A DNA stretch of 56,211 nt. Origin: Leucoraja ocellata (Eukaryota). The notes beneath the pieces are model-generated. The model was given only the letters and a program-made list of their open reading frames with translations. It was not told the origin of the DNA and did no database searches. The DNA lies in contig JAWMAR010002394.1 of NCBI GenBank assembly GCA_036785375.1, positions 69,790 through 126,000 of the forward strand, written 5' to 3'. Positions within the stretch are counted from its first letter, which is position 1. Each line of letters opens with the position of its first letter. Positions 23,201-34,723 of this stretch are shown here, piece by piece. A program made the translations under genes and the position numbers.

Positions 23201-26200
23201 AGATCCGGGATCATACAGAGCAATTGCACTTCTGAATACAGACCAGAAAATACTAACTAAAATACTAGCACGTAGATTAAGTACAGTGATGAATAAATTA
23301 ATACACCCTGACCAAACAGGCTTTATTCAGAAACGGTATTCATATTATAATCTAAGAAGATTATTTAATATTATATATACCAAGAGAATTATTAATGAAG
23401 ATTTAGCAATAATCTCACTTGACGCTGAAAAAGCATTTGATCAGGTCGAATGGCCTTATTTATTTTCGGTGATGGAAAAGATGCAGCTAGGGGAGAAATT
23501 TTGCACATGGATAAAACTGCTATACACAAATCCTACGGCCAGAATACTTACCAACCAAAGACTGTCATCTAAATTCAGTCTATCTAGAGGGTGTAGACAA
23601 GGATGCCCGTTATCTCCATTACTATTTGCACTTGCAATTGAGCCACTTGCAGAAAGAATTAGGGGGCATCCGGAAATATATGGGTATAACAGTAAAGACA
23701 CAGTGAATAAAATTTCTCTATATGCAGATGACGTATTAATTTACATCACAAAACCAGAAATTAGTATCCCAAACCTATTAAAACTAATAAACCAATTCGG
23801 TGCACTTTCAGGATACAGAATAAATTGGAATAAAAGTGAAATTATGCCAATAAGGGAACATAATAAACAGATAATACAACAATTCCCATTTAAAGTAGTA
23901 AATGAAAAATTTAAATATCTAGGTATCTATGTAACTAAGATATATACATCATTATTTAAAGCAAATTTCCCCCCATTATCGAATAAATTACATAAGAATA
24001 TCCAATACTGGAAAACATTACCTATTTCAATGGTTGGTAAAATTAATGCCATAAAAATGATTTTTTTTACCGCAAATATTATACCTTTTTCAGACGATTC
24101 CGATATACCTGGCAAAAAACTTCTTTAAAAAATTGGACTCTATTGTTAATGATTTTATCTGGGATTATAAGAATCATAGGATAAGCAAAAGACACTTGTG
24201 TAAATCAAAAAATAATGGAGGCTTGGTTTTACCTAACTTTTTGTTTTATTTCTGGGCAGTTAATATTAAAAATATGAACTTCTGGTTGGGAGAAATAGAC
24301 CAGCAACCAGACTGGTTAAAAATGGAAAAGGAAGATTGTATGCCTTATGATATTGGTTCGATATTATTTGCTACGTCTAAATTAAACAAGAAAATTTATA
24401 GGGAAAACCCTATAATATTTAGTGCTATAAAAATTTGGAAACAATTAAAAAAGACATTAAAATTAGATAACTTATCTCTTTTTCTTCCAATTGTGAATAA
24501 TTCATTGTTTAAGCCTTCATGTTTAGACGGGGGTTTTACACAATGGAAGAATTATGGAATTAAAAATATAGGACACCTTTACAAGGAAGGCTCTTTTTTG
24601 ACATTTCAGGAGTTGCAACAGATTTATGGACTTCGAGGAAATGATTATTTCAGATATCTTCAACTTAGAGATTATGTTAAATCGAATTCTAAAAATTTTC
24701 GAAATAGAAACCCAGAGATTCTTGATGAATGTTGGAATAAGCATCCTAATACAGAAAAATTAATATCTTATATATATAATATCTTATTAGATAGTGACAT
24801 TCCTTTGACGGACTTATACAGACAAGCATGGGAAAAAGAATTAAATCAGGTAATAACGAAAGACACTTGGGAAGAAAGTCTACAACACATACATCAGTGT
24901 TCACTAAACGCGAGACATTCTCTAATACAATTTAAAGTAATACATAGGTTACATTACGCCAAAACAAAATTACATAAAAATTTTCAACATATCTCACCTA
25001 TATGTGATAAATGTCAACATTTAGAAGCTACGTTATCGCACATGTTTACAAACTGTACAAAAATTAAAAAATTTTGGGTAAATATTTTTAGTATAATTTC
25101 CAAAGTAACCAACACACAACTGGAACCAAACTCAAAATTAATAATACTCGGAATATTAGAATTAAATCAAACACTTAGAATAACACAAAGAAACTTTATC
25201 GATTACAGTTTAATAACAGGAAAAAAATTAATCCTAAAATTTTGGAAAGGCCCTACGGCCCCCACAATCAAAATGTGGATTATAGAAATGACGGAGACCT
25301 TAAACATGGAAAGAATCAGATTTTCTCTGTTGGATAAACAGGAATTATTCGTTGGAACATGGTCTCCTTTTATTGATTACTTAAAGGGTCAGAATAGTTC
25401 AGCACAGGAACCTGATTAGCACCCGGACTAAAGATTGGATGAAATGCTATACTTCGAAATGTACGAACATATCTCGAATGATGTTTTTAAACTCTAACAA
25501 ATTTTTCCATTCTTCTTCAATTACCTCTTTCACTCCTCTTCCTTTTTTTTTAATTTTAGTTTTCTTTTTCCTTCTTCCCTCTCTCTATTTCATCTATCCC
25601 TTTAGCTCTATCTAGTTATAAAAAAAAAACGAAGAAAAATGCAAAAAGTATTGGAGACAATGTAATAATAACTGACAATATTATCAATTTAAAAATGATG
25701 TAACAGTAATGATGTAATAGATCATGTACCTATCTCCAATAATAAAAAAATAAAAAAAATAAAAAAAAAAATAAAAAAAAACGGAATCAAGAGATACGGG
25801 GAGAATGCAGGAACGGGGTACTAATTTCAGATGATCATATTGAATGGCGGTGCTGTCTGGAAGGGCCGAATTTCCAACTTCTGCACCTATTTTTCTATGT
25901 TTATTTGTTTTTAAATTCCAATGTGCAAGATCAGTCACAGAGTGATACAGTGTAGAAACAGGCCCTTCGGCCCAACTTGCCCACACCGGCCAACAATGTC
26001 CCATCTACACTAGTCACAGGGTGATACAGTGTGGAAACAGGCCCTTCGGCCCAACTTGCCCACACCGGCCAACAGTGTCCCATCTATACTAGTCACAGAG
26101 TGATACAGTGTGGAAACAGGCCCTTCGGCCCAACTTGCCCACACCGGCCAACAATGTCCCATCTACACTAGTCCCAACTGCCTGCGCCTGGTCCATATCC

Positions 26201-29200
26201 CTCCAAACCTGTCCTATCCATGTACCTGTCCAACTGCTTCTTAAACGATGGGATAGTCCCCGCCTCAACTACCTCCTCTGGCAGCTTGTTCCATAAATCG
26301 AGCACCCTCTGTGCGAAAAAAATACCCATGGGATTCCTACTGAATCTTTCCCCCTTCACCTTGAACCTGTGTCCTCTGGTCCTCGATTCTCCTACTCTGG
26401 GCTAGAGACTGTGCATCAGTGTACGGGATGTAGAGAGAATCGGTGCATAATTTGATATAATCCGTGCCGATTTCATGGTCGCTTTCGACGCTGTAACATC
26501 CATGAATGTTGAAGCACAAAATCGGAATGACAAACATATGACCATAACCTGGCGGGGAAGATGGAGGAACTGTAAGGAAAGTACAGTGGGTTCAGAAAAG
26601 CTGGAGAGAGGGGCAACACGGTGGCGCGGCGGTTGAGTTGCTGCCTTACAGCGCCAGGGACCCCGGGTTCGATCCTGACTACGGGGTCTGTCTGTACGGA
26701 GTTTACGTACCCCCTGTGTGGGGTTTCACCGGGAGCTCCGTTTTCCTCCCACACTCCAAAGACGTACTGGTTTGTAGGGAAATTGGCCTCGGTAAAAAAA
26801 TAAATTGTCCCTCGTGTGTGTAGAATAGCATTATTTTGCTGGGATCGTTGATCGCAGCGGACTCGGTGGGCCGAAGGGCCTGTATCCGCTCTGTATCTCT
26901 AAACTAAACTAAACCAAAGTGATTAATGTTTATTGTGGGCGAAATCCCCATTTCTAGAACGAGGCAAGAAGCCATTTCTTTCCATCGAACAACAATCCAG
27001 TTCCCTCTAAATTCACATTCACGCTCCAGTCACTCCGACTCCTCCATAAACCAGGGGTGATTTACAGCTGTACTTCTTCTTCTTGCGAATGAAACATAAA
27101 TAAACTAAAGGAATAGTTAGATCTCAAGCCGGGTGTTGAGCAGCCAGGTTGTTGTCTCTTGGCGTCAACGTCTGCCAGGCCCTGACACAGCTCCATTTGG
27201 TGGATGGGAGAGCGGGCACCCAGAGAGGACATGGTTGGCTGCCTGTTGTTCTGCTCCACATTCACAGGCTGGGCTCTGGCGGAGCCCCCATCTCCACACG
27301 CTGGCATTGAAACGCCCAACTCCAGTACCAAGTCTGTTGAGCTTCACCCATGCTCCTCTGGGGAGGTCAGACCCTGGACAGGTTTTATCTGGTGAACAGA
27401 TGGAGCTGTGTAATGGAGATCAGGTTGCCTTCCACTCCTGTGACCACTTGGTGGCTATCCAGTGTGCTTTTGTCTCAGTTGGCTGGATGGATGCTAGGAG
27501 TTGTTTAGGGATGTTAATTGCCTGTCAGGACGCGCGTCCTTGGGTTGAGAGAGGAAGCAAGAACGCCCAGGTGAAACGCAGGCAATATAATGGAGAACGT
27601 GCAAACTCCACACAGCCAGACAGCACCCGGGGTCAGGATCGAACCCGGGTTGTCTCACGACATTTAAGAGGCGTCTCGCCAAGCACTTGAAACGCTGAAA
27701 CATAGAAAGGCCATGATCCTAACGCGAGTAAATGGGATTGTGTAGATAGGTGTAATGGATGGCATTGACGGTGTGGGCCGAAAGGCCAGCGCCGAGACTA
27801 TAATATTATTTCTGGTTTCAGGTGCTGTTGGATCCGATGAATCGATCATACAATCACCAAAGCAGGTCACAGTTACTGAAGGCGGGACTGTGCGGCTAAA
27901 CTGTGCGCTTGTTGACAAGACAATCAGTTCAATTGGGGCCATTAGTTGGTACAAAGACGTGGAAACTCGTGCCGTTTCCAACACGAGCGGCGACTATTAT
28001 GGCCGCGTTCTGACAAATAATTCACAGGGAATTCTAAAAGAATCCATCGACATCATTGACCTCAAAATGACCGATACAGGAAGGTATTACTGCCGAGTGA
28101 GTGTTTTCACAGGGGGAATATATAATGGTCACGGCACAGATGTCACGGTGACACGTAAGTTTGCGTTACCTTAACTTTGTCTTTACTGTTCTAAAAAACA
28201 TTCTCAACACCGGCCACCACACGCCTGAACAACGAGCTTTGTCAGTTCAGATATAGGCACAGACATTAATTATATATGGAGGAACCATGGGACACAGTTT
28301 AAGAATAACGGGTAAGCCATTTAGATCAAAGATGAGGAAAAACTTTTTCACCCATAGAGTTGTGAAACCTATGCAATTTTCATCGTCAGAGGGCAGTGGA
28401 GGCCGGTTCTCTGGATGCTTTCAAGATAGAGCTCTTAAAGATAGCGGAGTCAATTGATATGGGGAGAAGGCAGGAACGGCGCACTGATTGTGAATGATCA
28501 GCCATTCACAGTGAATGGCGGTGCTGGCTTGAAGGGCCGAATGTCCTCCTCCTGCACCTATTATCTATTGTCTATTGCCCACACCGGCCAACATGTCCCA
28601 ACTACACTAGTCCCACCTGCCTGCGCCTGGTCAATATCCCACAAAACCTGTCCTATCCATGTACCTGTCCAACTGCTTCTTAAACGATGGGATAGTCCCC
28701 GCCTCAACGACCTCTGGCAGCTTGCTCCATACACCGACTATTCTTTCCATCGAAGCGCAATCCAGTTCCTCCTTAATTCACATGCACGCTCCGCTCACTC
28801 CGACTCCTCCATATATCAGGGGCAAATTACACCTGTTCATTACCTATCAGGACGCACGTCTTTGGGATGAGAGAGGAAGCAGTAACGCCCAGGGGAAACA
28901 CAGGGAATAACACGCAGAACGTGCAAACTCCACACCGGCAGTCAGCATTGAGGCCGGGATACTGGCCCTCAGAGGCAGGAGCTGCTTCGGCTATTCCCTC
29001 AAGCGATCAAGGTGGAGATAAAAGGAACAGCAGATGCGGGGTTACAAACAAAAAGACACAAAGTGTTGGAGTAACTCAGCGGTCCAGGCAGCATCTGTGG
29101 AGAACATGGATAGGTGACATTGTGGAATGCTGAAGAAGGGTGCCGACCTGAAATGTCGCCTATACACGGGGTTTGGAGATCGCAACCTTCACGTGGCCCG

Positions 29201-31063
29201 CCCTGTTTCGACGAATGCAATCAACCTGGTGTGCACAATCAAATAAGATCAAATAGAACAAGTTGTCCAACAACTTTGGGCAATGCACGCCATACGCAAG
29301 AAGAGGAATCATATACATGTTCTCCACAGATGCTGCCTGACCCGCTGAGTTATTCCAGCACTCTGTGAAACGTCACCTATCCATGTTCTCCACAGATGCT
29401 GCTGCACCCGCTGAGTTACTCCAGCACTCTGTGAAACGTCACCTATCCATGTTCTCCACAGATGCTGCCTGACCCGCTGAGTTACTCCAGCACTCTGTGA
29501 AACGTCACCTATCCATGTTCTCCACAGATGTTGCCTGACCCGCTGAGTTACTCCAGCACTCTGTGAAACGTCACCTATACATGTTCTCCACAGATGCTGC
29601 CTGACCCGCTGAGTTACTCCAGCACTCTGTGAAACGTCACCTATCCATGTTCTCCACAGATGCTGCTGCACTCGCTGAGTTAGTCCAGCACTCTGTGAAA
29701 CGTCACCTATCCATGTTCTCCACAGATGCTGCCTGACCCGCTGAGTTACTCCAGCACTCTGTGAAACGTCACCTATCCATGTACTCCACAGATGGTGCTG
29801 CACCCGCTGAGTTACTCCAGCACTCTGTGGAACGTCACCTATCCATGTTCTCCACAGATGTTGCCTGACCCGCTGAGTTACTCCAGCACTGTGTGAAACG
29901 TCACCTATCCATGTTCTCCACAAATGCTGCCTGACTCGCTGCGTTACTCCAGTACTTTGAATTCTATGCAAGATTCCCACAACTGTTGTTACTGTTCAGT
30001 CAACTGAAGTGTGCGAATTGGTCTACGTTTACAATGACAGTGGGAACATCTCGGTGTATAAGAATGGAAGGAGACAGAAAGAAACTGGGAAAGTAATTGG
30101 TGAACTTGATGTTTTATTCCTTCAGGCCAGATCCCTGTAGAAAGCCCTGCATGGGGATTACGTTGGCAGCTGCTGGTAATGGGAGTGAAACTTGCAACGT
30201 TCATTGTGATCAACGTTATAATAGTTTTCATCATCCGCTCATGTGAGTCTTGTGGATTTGCCAGCCGGACAAAAGAAGCCTAACAGGCTGGTCAAACGGT
30301 AAGAGGATTGCCAGCGCCATGTGTGGGTTGTATTAGCAGCTGAGGTCTCTGGACAATGGTGAATCTTATTGTCACCTGCGAGGTGCCACCACAGTGAAAA
30401 TATTTCCTTACAAACTAGACTAAACTAAACTAAACTAAATTAATCTAAACTAAACTAAACTAAACTAAACTAAACTATGAACATGAATGGACTTCCTTGT
30501 GTTGCACCAAGGATCTTGTATTTTCGTGTTTGCACCAGATACACATTTATTGTTGGTTTTGTTTATTATATTTTATCTAAGTGTGTTGTATGTACAGCCC
30601 TGTTACGCTGCTGCCAGTAATAATTCCATTGTCCGGTTGTCGGTACAACAAACATAGATAAAATATAATCAACAAACCCAACAACAAATTTGTAACTAGT
30701 GCAAACCCTCTTGAATCTTGCAACGTAGACTTACTGCAACAATACAAAGGCGACCTGGCAGGGAAAACTAGACCGAACCTGGCCAGAAGTAAGGAGCTCA
30801 TCCAGGACTTGGATGGTACATGGATAGGTGGGTTTAGTGTAGCTGGGACATGTTGGCCGGTGTGGGGAGTGTGGGCCATAAGATCCTGTTTCCACGCTGT
30901 ATCACTCCATGACTCTATGACTAGGAGCTATGTGGACACATACTTGACAAGAACGTTAATAATATTAATGTAGTCAATTGTGTTCAATGCTATTAATGTT
31001 TTTGTGCCTGTACATGTGGTATAATAATATATCTATTTTATTTTCGCAGACCATAAGTGTTGA
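13794..31063 (+). CDS. Gene B: NKp30/NCR3-like IgSF receptor (leader, V4, V5, V6, TM, YHKC* tail); most intact copy
   Basis: Leader ATG 13794; V exons at 14451, 18761, 27822; TM 30126-30242 with GTGAGT donor; terminal exon 31050-31063. All visible junctions are phase 1. Confidence 0.75.
14451..14779 (+). pseudogene. Ig V exon V4, frameshifted in this assembly (short-CDR1 type)
   Basis: +1 near 14579, +1 near 14730 and +3 near 14776 relative to a 324-nt frame; flanks also carry odd indels, so sequencing error is possible. Confidence 0.7.
15053..18458 (-). mobile_element. Large CR1 LINE (ORF1 SGNH-esterase end, APE endonuclease, RT), specific to gene B
   Basis: VVVHIGTNDIG/DGLHLN; ISETWL, GDFNFP, SDHN; 546-aa RT ORF with YADD; (TTATATGG)n tail; absent from the paralogous intron near 40070. 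Confidence 0.92.
18761..19090 (+). CDS. Ig V(J)-set domain exon V5, intact
   Basis: 330 nt, phase 1-1; CAFVGNPNIIVAFSWYK...ETGRYYCRVRVFTGEIYNGHGTDVTVT|gtaagt. Confidence 0.9.
19363..25777 (+). mobile_element. Full-length L1-clade LINE with TSD
   Basis: ORF1 (DLEGRQRRKNLRIVG; nonsense codon at 20233); ORF2 with EN (SWNVKG, LQETH, GGDFN), RT (RQGCPLSPLLF, YADD) and a C-terminal Cys motif, two frameshifts; poly(A); TSD aaaacggaatcaa at 19350-19362 and 25778-25790. Confidence 0.93.
25933..26412 (-). mobile_element. CR1 3' fragment with about 79-bp tandem triplication of its 3' end
   Basis: gtcacagagtgatacagtgtggaaacaggcccttcggcccaac... occurs 3 times; only twice in the paralog at about 45341-45730. 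Confidence 0.75.
26610..26915 (+). mobile_element. tRNA-derived SINE (V-SINE/HE1-like)
   Basis: A/B boxes, V-SINE-like core, (CTAAA)n tail; copy at about 45938-46243. Confidence 0.75.
27080..27524 (-). mobile_element. Non-LTR retrotransposon 3' fragment (possibly Vingi/Ingi-like)
   Basis: LNRLGTGVGRF...CECG...H....CP zinc knuckle and (GAA)n tail; copies at about 46400-46853 and a piece at 1901-2003. Confidence 0.55.
27822..28154 (+). CDS. Ig V(J)-set domain exon V6, intact
   Basis: 333 nt, phase 1-1; CALVDKTISSIGAISWYK...DTGRYYCRVSVFTGGIYNGHGTDVTVT|gtaagt. Confidence 0.9.
29312..29959. repeat. 66-bp minisatellite, 10 copies
   Basis: Same unit; gives the 22-aa repeat ORF on the minus strand. 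Confidence 0.9.
30126..30242 (+). CDS. Stalk + transmembrane exon of gene B with intact donor
   Basis: (R)QIPVESPAWGLRWQLLVMGVKLATFIVINVIIVFIIRS, then t|GTGAGT consensus donor at 30243. Confidence 0.8.
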
Positions 31064-31212
31064 ACTCCCTACATATTTGAATCAACTCATCCAACAGATC
31101 AAACCATGAAAAGCAAACTCATTACTGAATCAACATTAGCTCAGTCAGCTGTGCTGATACTGTTGTGGGCCATTTGGGATAATGTAATTTGTGAAATCTT
31201 ACACTCATTAAA
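31050..31212 (+). CDS. Terminal exon of gene B (YHKC*, stop 31061-31063; ATTAAA 31207-31212)
   Basis: Acceptor ttttattttcgcag; phase 1 matches the TM donor; GT-rich tract follows the poly(A)-like signal. Confidence 0.6.
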
Positions 31213-33354
31213 ACTCCACATTGCCTTCTTGTTTGTTCGTTCCTGACAACAACAGATTCAAGTCAGAGTGGTTACATTTCAAACGCAAACCATTAGACAA
31301 TAGACAATAGACAATATTTGGTCTACAGTATACAAGCCCAGCCGCTCCATTCTCTCAGCATATAACAGTCCTGCAATCCCGGGAATTAACCTTGTAAAAC
31401 TACGCTGCACTCCCTCAATAGCAAGAATGTCCTTCCTCAAATTAGGGGACCAAAACTGCGGATAATACTCCAGGTGTGGTCTCACTAAGGCCATGTACAA
31501 CTGCAGAAGGATCTCTTTGCTCCTATACTCACCTCCTCTTGTTATAAGGGCCTACATGCCATTCGCATTCTTCACTGCCTGCTGCACCTGCATGCCCACT
31601 TTCATTGACTGATGAACAAGGACCCCCAGATCCTGCTGCACCTCCCCAAGCGTCGATACCCTGTGAAGAAGCGTCTTCACCTGAAACATCACCCATTCCT
31701 TTTCTCCAGAGATGCTGCCTGACCCGCGGAGTTACTCCAGCTTTTTGTATCTATTTTCGGACAGTACTCTTGTGTTCCAATTGCCTGATGGATCTCCCGG
31801 TTTCAAACCATTTTAACTCTCCTTCCCATTCCCACACCGACCCCTCTGCCCTGAGTCTCCTCCATTGCCTGAGTGAGGCCATTGGAGAAACATGACCTCG
31901 TTCTCCATCTCGGTAGCTTAGAACCCAATATTGAACTGTGAATTTTCTAATGTCAGATCACGCCAGTTCAGGCGACAGTTCGAGCTCGACAAACGAATCT
32001 TCGACACCAAGGTGTCTTGGCCACAAGATGGCGCCACAATTGTGTGATTTGACAGAGATTGTTACAGGTTGTAATAATAGACCAATAATGACACTTTGTT
32101 AATAGGATCTTGTTCATGTTCTTTATATAATGACAACAATTTATCGTTGAATGATGTGCGCTCGAAAGTTATTAAAAGTCCTGCTGTATCCAAAACTGTA
32201 ATAAGTCTCTTCTGTTACATGGATGTCCATTCTACCGGTAAATACACGTATGTGTCTCATAAGGTCATAAGGTCATAAGGTCATAAGGCAATAAGTGATA
32301 GGAGCAGAATTAGGCCATTTGGTCCATCAAGTCTACTCCACCATTCAATCATGGCTGATCTATATATCCCTCCTAACCCCATTCCCCTGCCTCCTCCTTA
32401 TTCCTCTAACACCTGTACTAATCAATAATCTATCTATCTTTGCCTTACAAATATCCACTGATTTGACATCAACAACCTACAAAATAATTCCGCAGATTCA
32501 CCACCCTCTGACTAAATAAATTCCTCCCCATCTCCTTCCGAAAAGAACCTCCTTTAATTCTGAGGCTATGACCTCGAGTCCTAGACTCTCTGGTTAGTGG
32601 AATAATCCTCTCCACATCCACTCTACCCAAACCTTTCACTATTCTGTAAGTCTCAATGTGATATCCTCTCATCCTTCTAAATTCCTGCTGGTACAGGCCC
32701 AGTGCCGTCAAACGCTCATCATATGTTAACCGACTCAATCCTGGGATCAGTTTTGTAAATCTCCTCTGGACCCTCTCCAGAGCCAGCACATCCTTCCTCA
32801 GATATTGGTTTTGTAGAATCCTACAGCTCCTCTCCTTGGAATTCACTGCAACCCGATCTCAGATAAAACATTTTCAATCTCCTCAATGTGTTAACAAACA
32901 ATCTGAAATAGTGTTTGAAATTAACCAAAGGAATATACACAAGTAAAAGATCACAACATCCCAAAGGAGCAGCAGCAACTGTGGAGAACATGGTTATTAC
33001 CGGATCGTCTGCAGAACAAAGCATTTCACTGCATCAAGGTACATGTGAGAATCAAGTGTCATTAGGGCGGCCCGTTGGCTCAGCGGTAGAGTTGCTGCTT
33101 ACAGCACTTTCAGCGGCAGAATCGCAGGTTCGATCCCGACTACGGGTATTGTCTGTACGGAGTTTGTTCGTCCTGTTGTCTCCGAGATCTTCTGTTTCAC
33201 CCCACACTCCAAAGACATACAGGTTTGTAGGTTATTTGACTCAGTATATACGTAAATTGTCCCTAGTGTGTGTAGTGTAGTGTTAATGTGCGGGGATCGC
33301 TGGCCGGTGCGGACACGGTGGGCCGAATGGCCTGTTTCCGCGCTGTTTCTCCAA

Positions 33355-34723
33355 AACATAGAAGATAGAAACATAGAAAGTACGTGCGGTAGGAGGCCAT
33401 TCGACCCTTCGAGCCAGCACCGCTATTCATTCTGATCATGGCTGATCGTCCGCAATCAATAACCCGTGCCTGCCTTCTTCCCATATCCCTTGATTCCACT
33501 TGCCCCTAGAGCTCTATCTAACTCTCTCTTAAATACATCCAGTGATTTGCCCTCCACTGCCCTCTGTGGCAGGGAATTCCACAAATTCACAACTCTCTGG
33601 GTGAAAAAGTTTTTTTCTCACCTCAGTCTTAAATGGCCTTCCCTTTATTCTAAGACTGTGGTCCGTGGTTCTGGACTCACCCAACACTGGGAATTTTTTT
33701 CTTGCATCTAACTTGTCCAGTCCTTTTATACTTTTATATGTTTCTATAAGATACCCCCTCATCCTTCTAAACGCCAGTGAATATAAGCCCAGTCTTTTCA
33801 ATCTTTCCTCATATGACAGTCCCGCAATCCCAGGGATCAAAATCTCGTGAATCTACGCTGCACTGCCTCAATCACAAAGATGTCTTCCCTCAAATTCGGA
33901 GACCAAAACTGTACACAATACTCCAGATTTGGTCTTTCCAGAGCCCTATACAACTGCAGAAGAACCTCTCTACTCCTATACTGAAATCCTCTTGTAATGA
34001 AGGCTAACATTCCATCAGCTTTCTTCACTGCCTGCTGTACCTATAAGCCAACTTTCAGTGACAGGTGTACAAGGACACCCAGGTCTCACTGTACCTCCCC
34101 CTTATCTAACCTAACCCCATTGAGATTATAATCTGCCCCCTTGTTTTTCCGCCAAAGTGTATAACCCCACATTTATCTATATTATACTGCATCTGCCACG
34201 TATCTGCCCACTCACTCAACCTGTCCAGGTCACCCTGCATCCGCCTAACATCCTCTTCACAGTTCACGCTGCCACCCAGCTTTGTGTCATCCGCAAACTT
34301 GCTAGTGTTGCTCCTAATTCCCTCTTCCAAATCATTAATATATATGGTAAACATTTGTGGCCCCAACATCGAGCCTTGTGGCACTCCACTGGCCACTGCC
34401 TGCCATTCTGAAAAAGACACGTTCACTCCTCCTCTTTGCTTCCTGTCTGCCAAACATTTTTCTATCCATGTCAACACCCTACCCCCAATACCACGCGCTC
34501 TAATGTTAGCCACCAGTCTCCCGTGCGCGAACTTATCAAAGGCTTTCTGAAAGTCTAGATACACTCCATCCACTGGCACCCCTTCATCCATTTTACGTCA
34601 CATCCTCAAAAAGTTCAGAAGATTAGTCAAGCATGATTTCCCTTTCATAAATCCATGTTGACTTGGACTAATCCTTTTACTGCTATCCAAATGCCCCATT
34701 ATTACATCTTTAATAATTGACTC
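33355..34723 (-). mobile_element. CR1 LINE fragment (paralog of 8597-9934)
   Basis: Same RT motifs. Confidence 0.9.

Noticed and set aside
29309-29980. 223-aa repeat protein or CRISPR-like array
   Set aside because: Pure 66-bp tandem repeat with no unique spacers and no cas genes; the ORF arises because the period is a multiple of 3.
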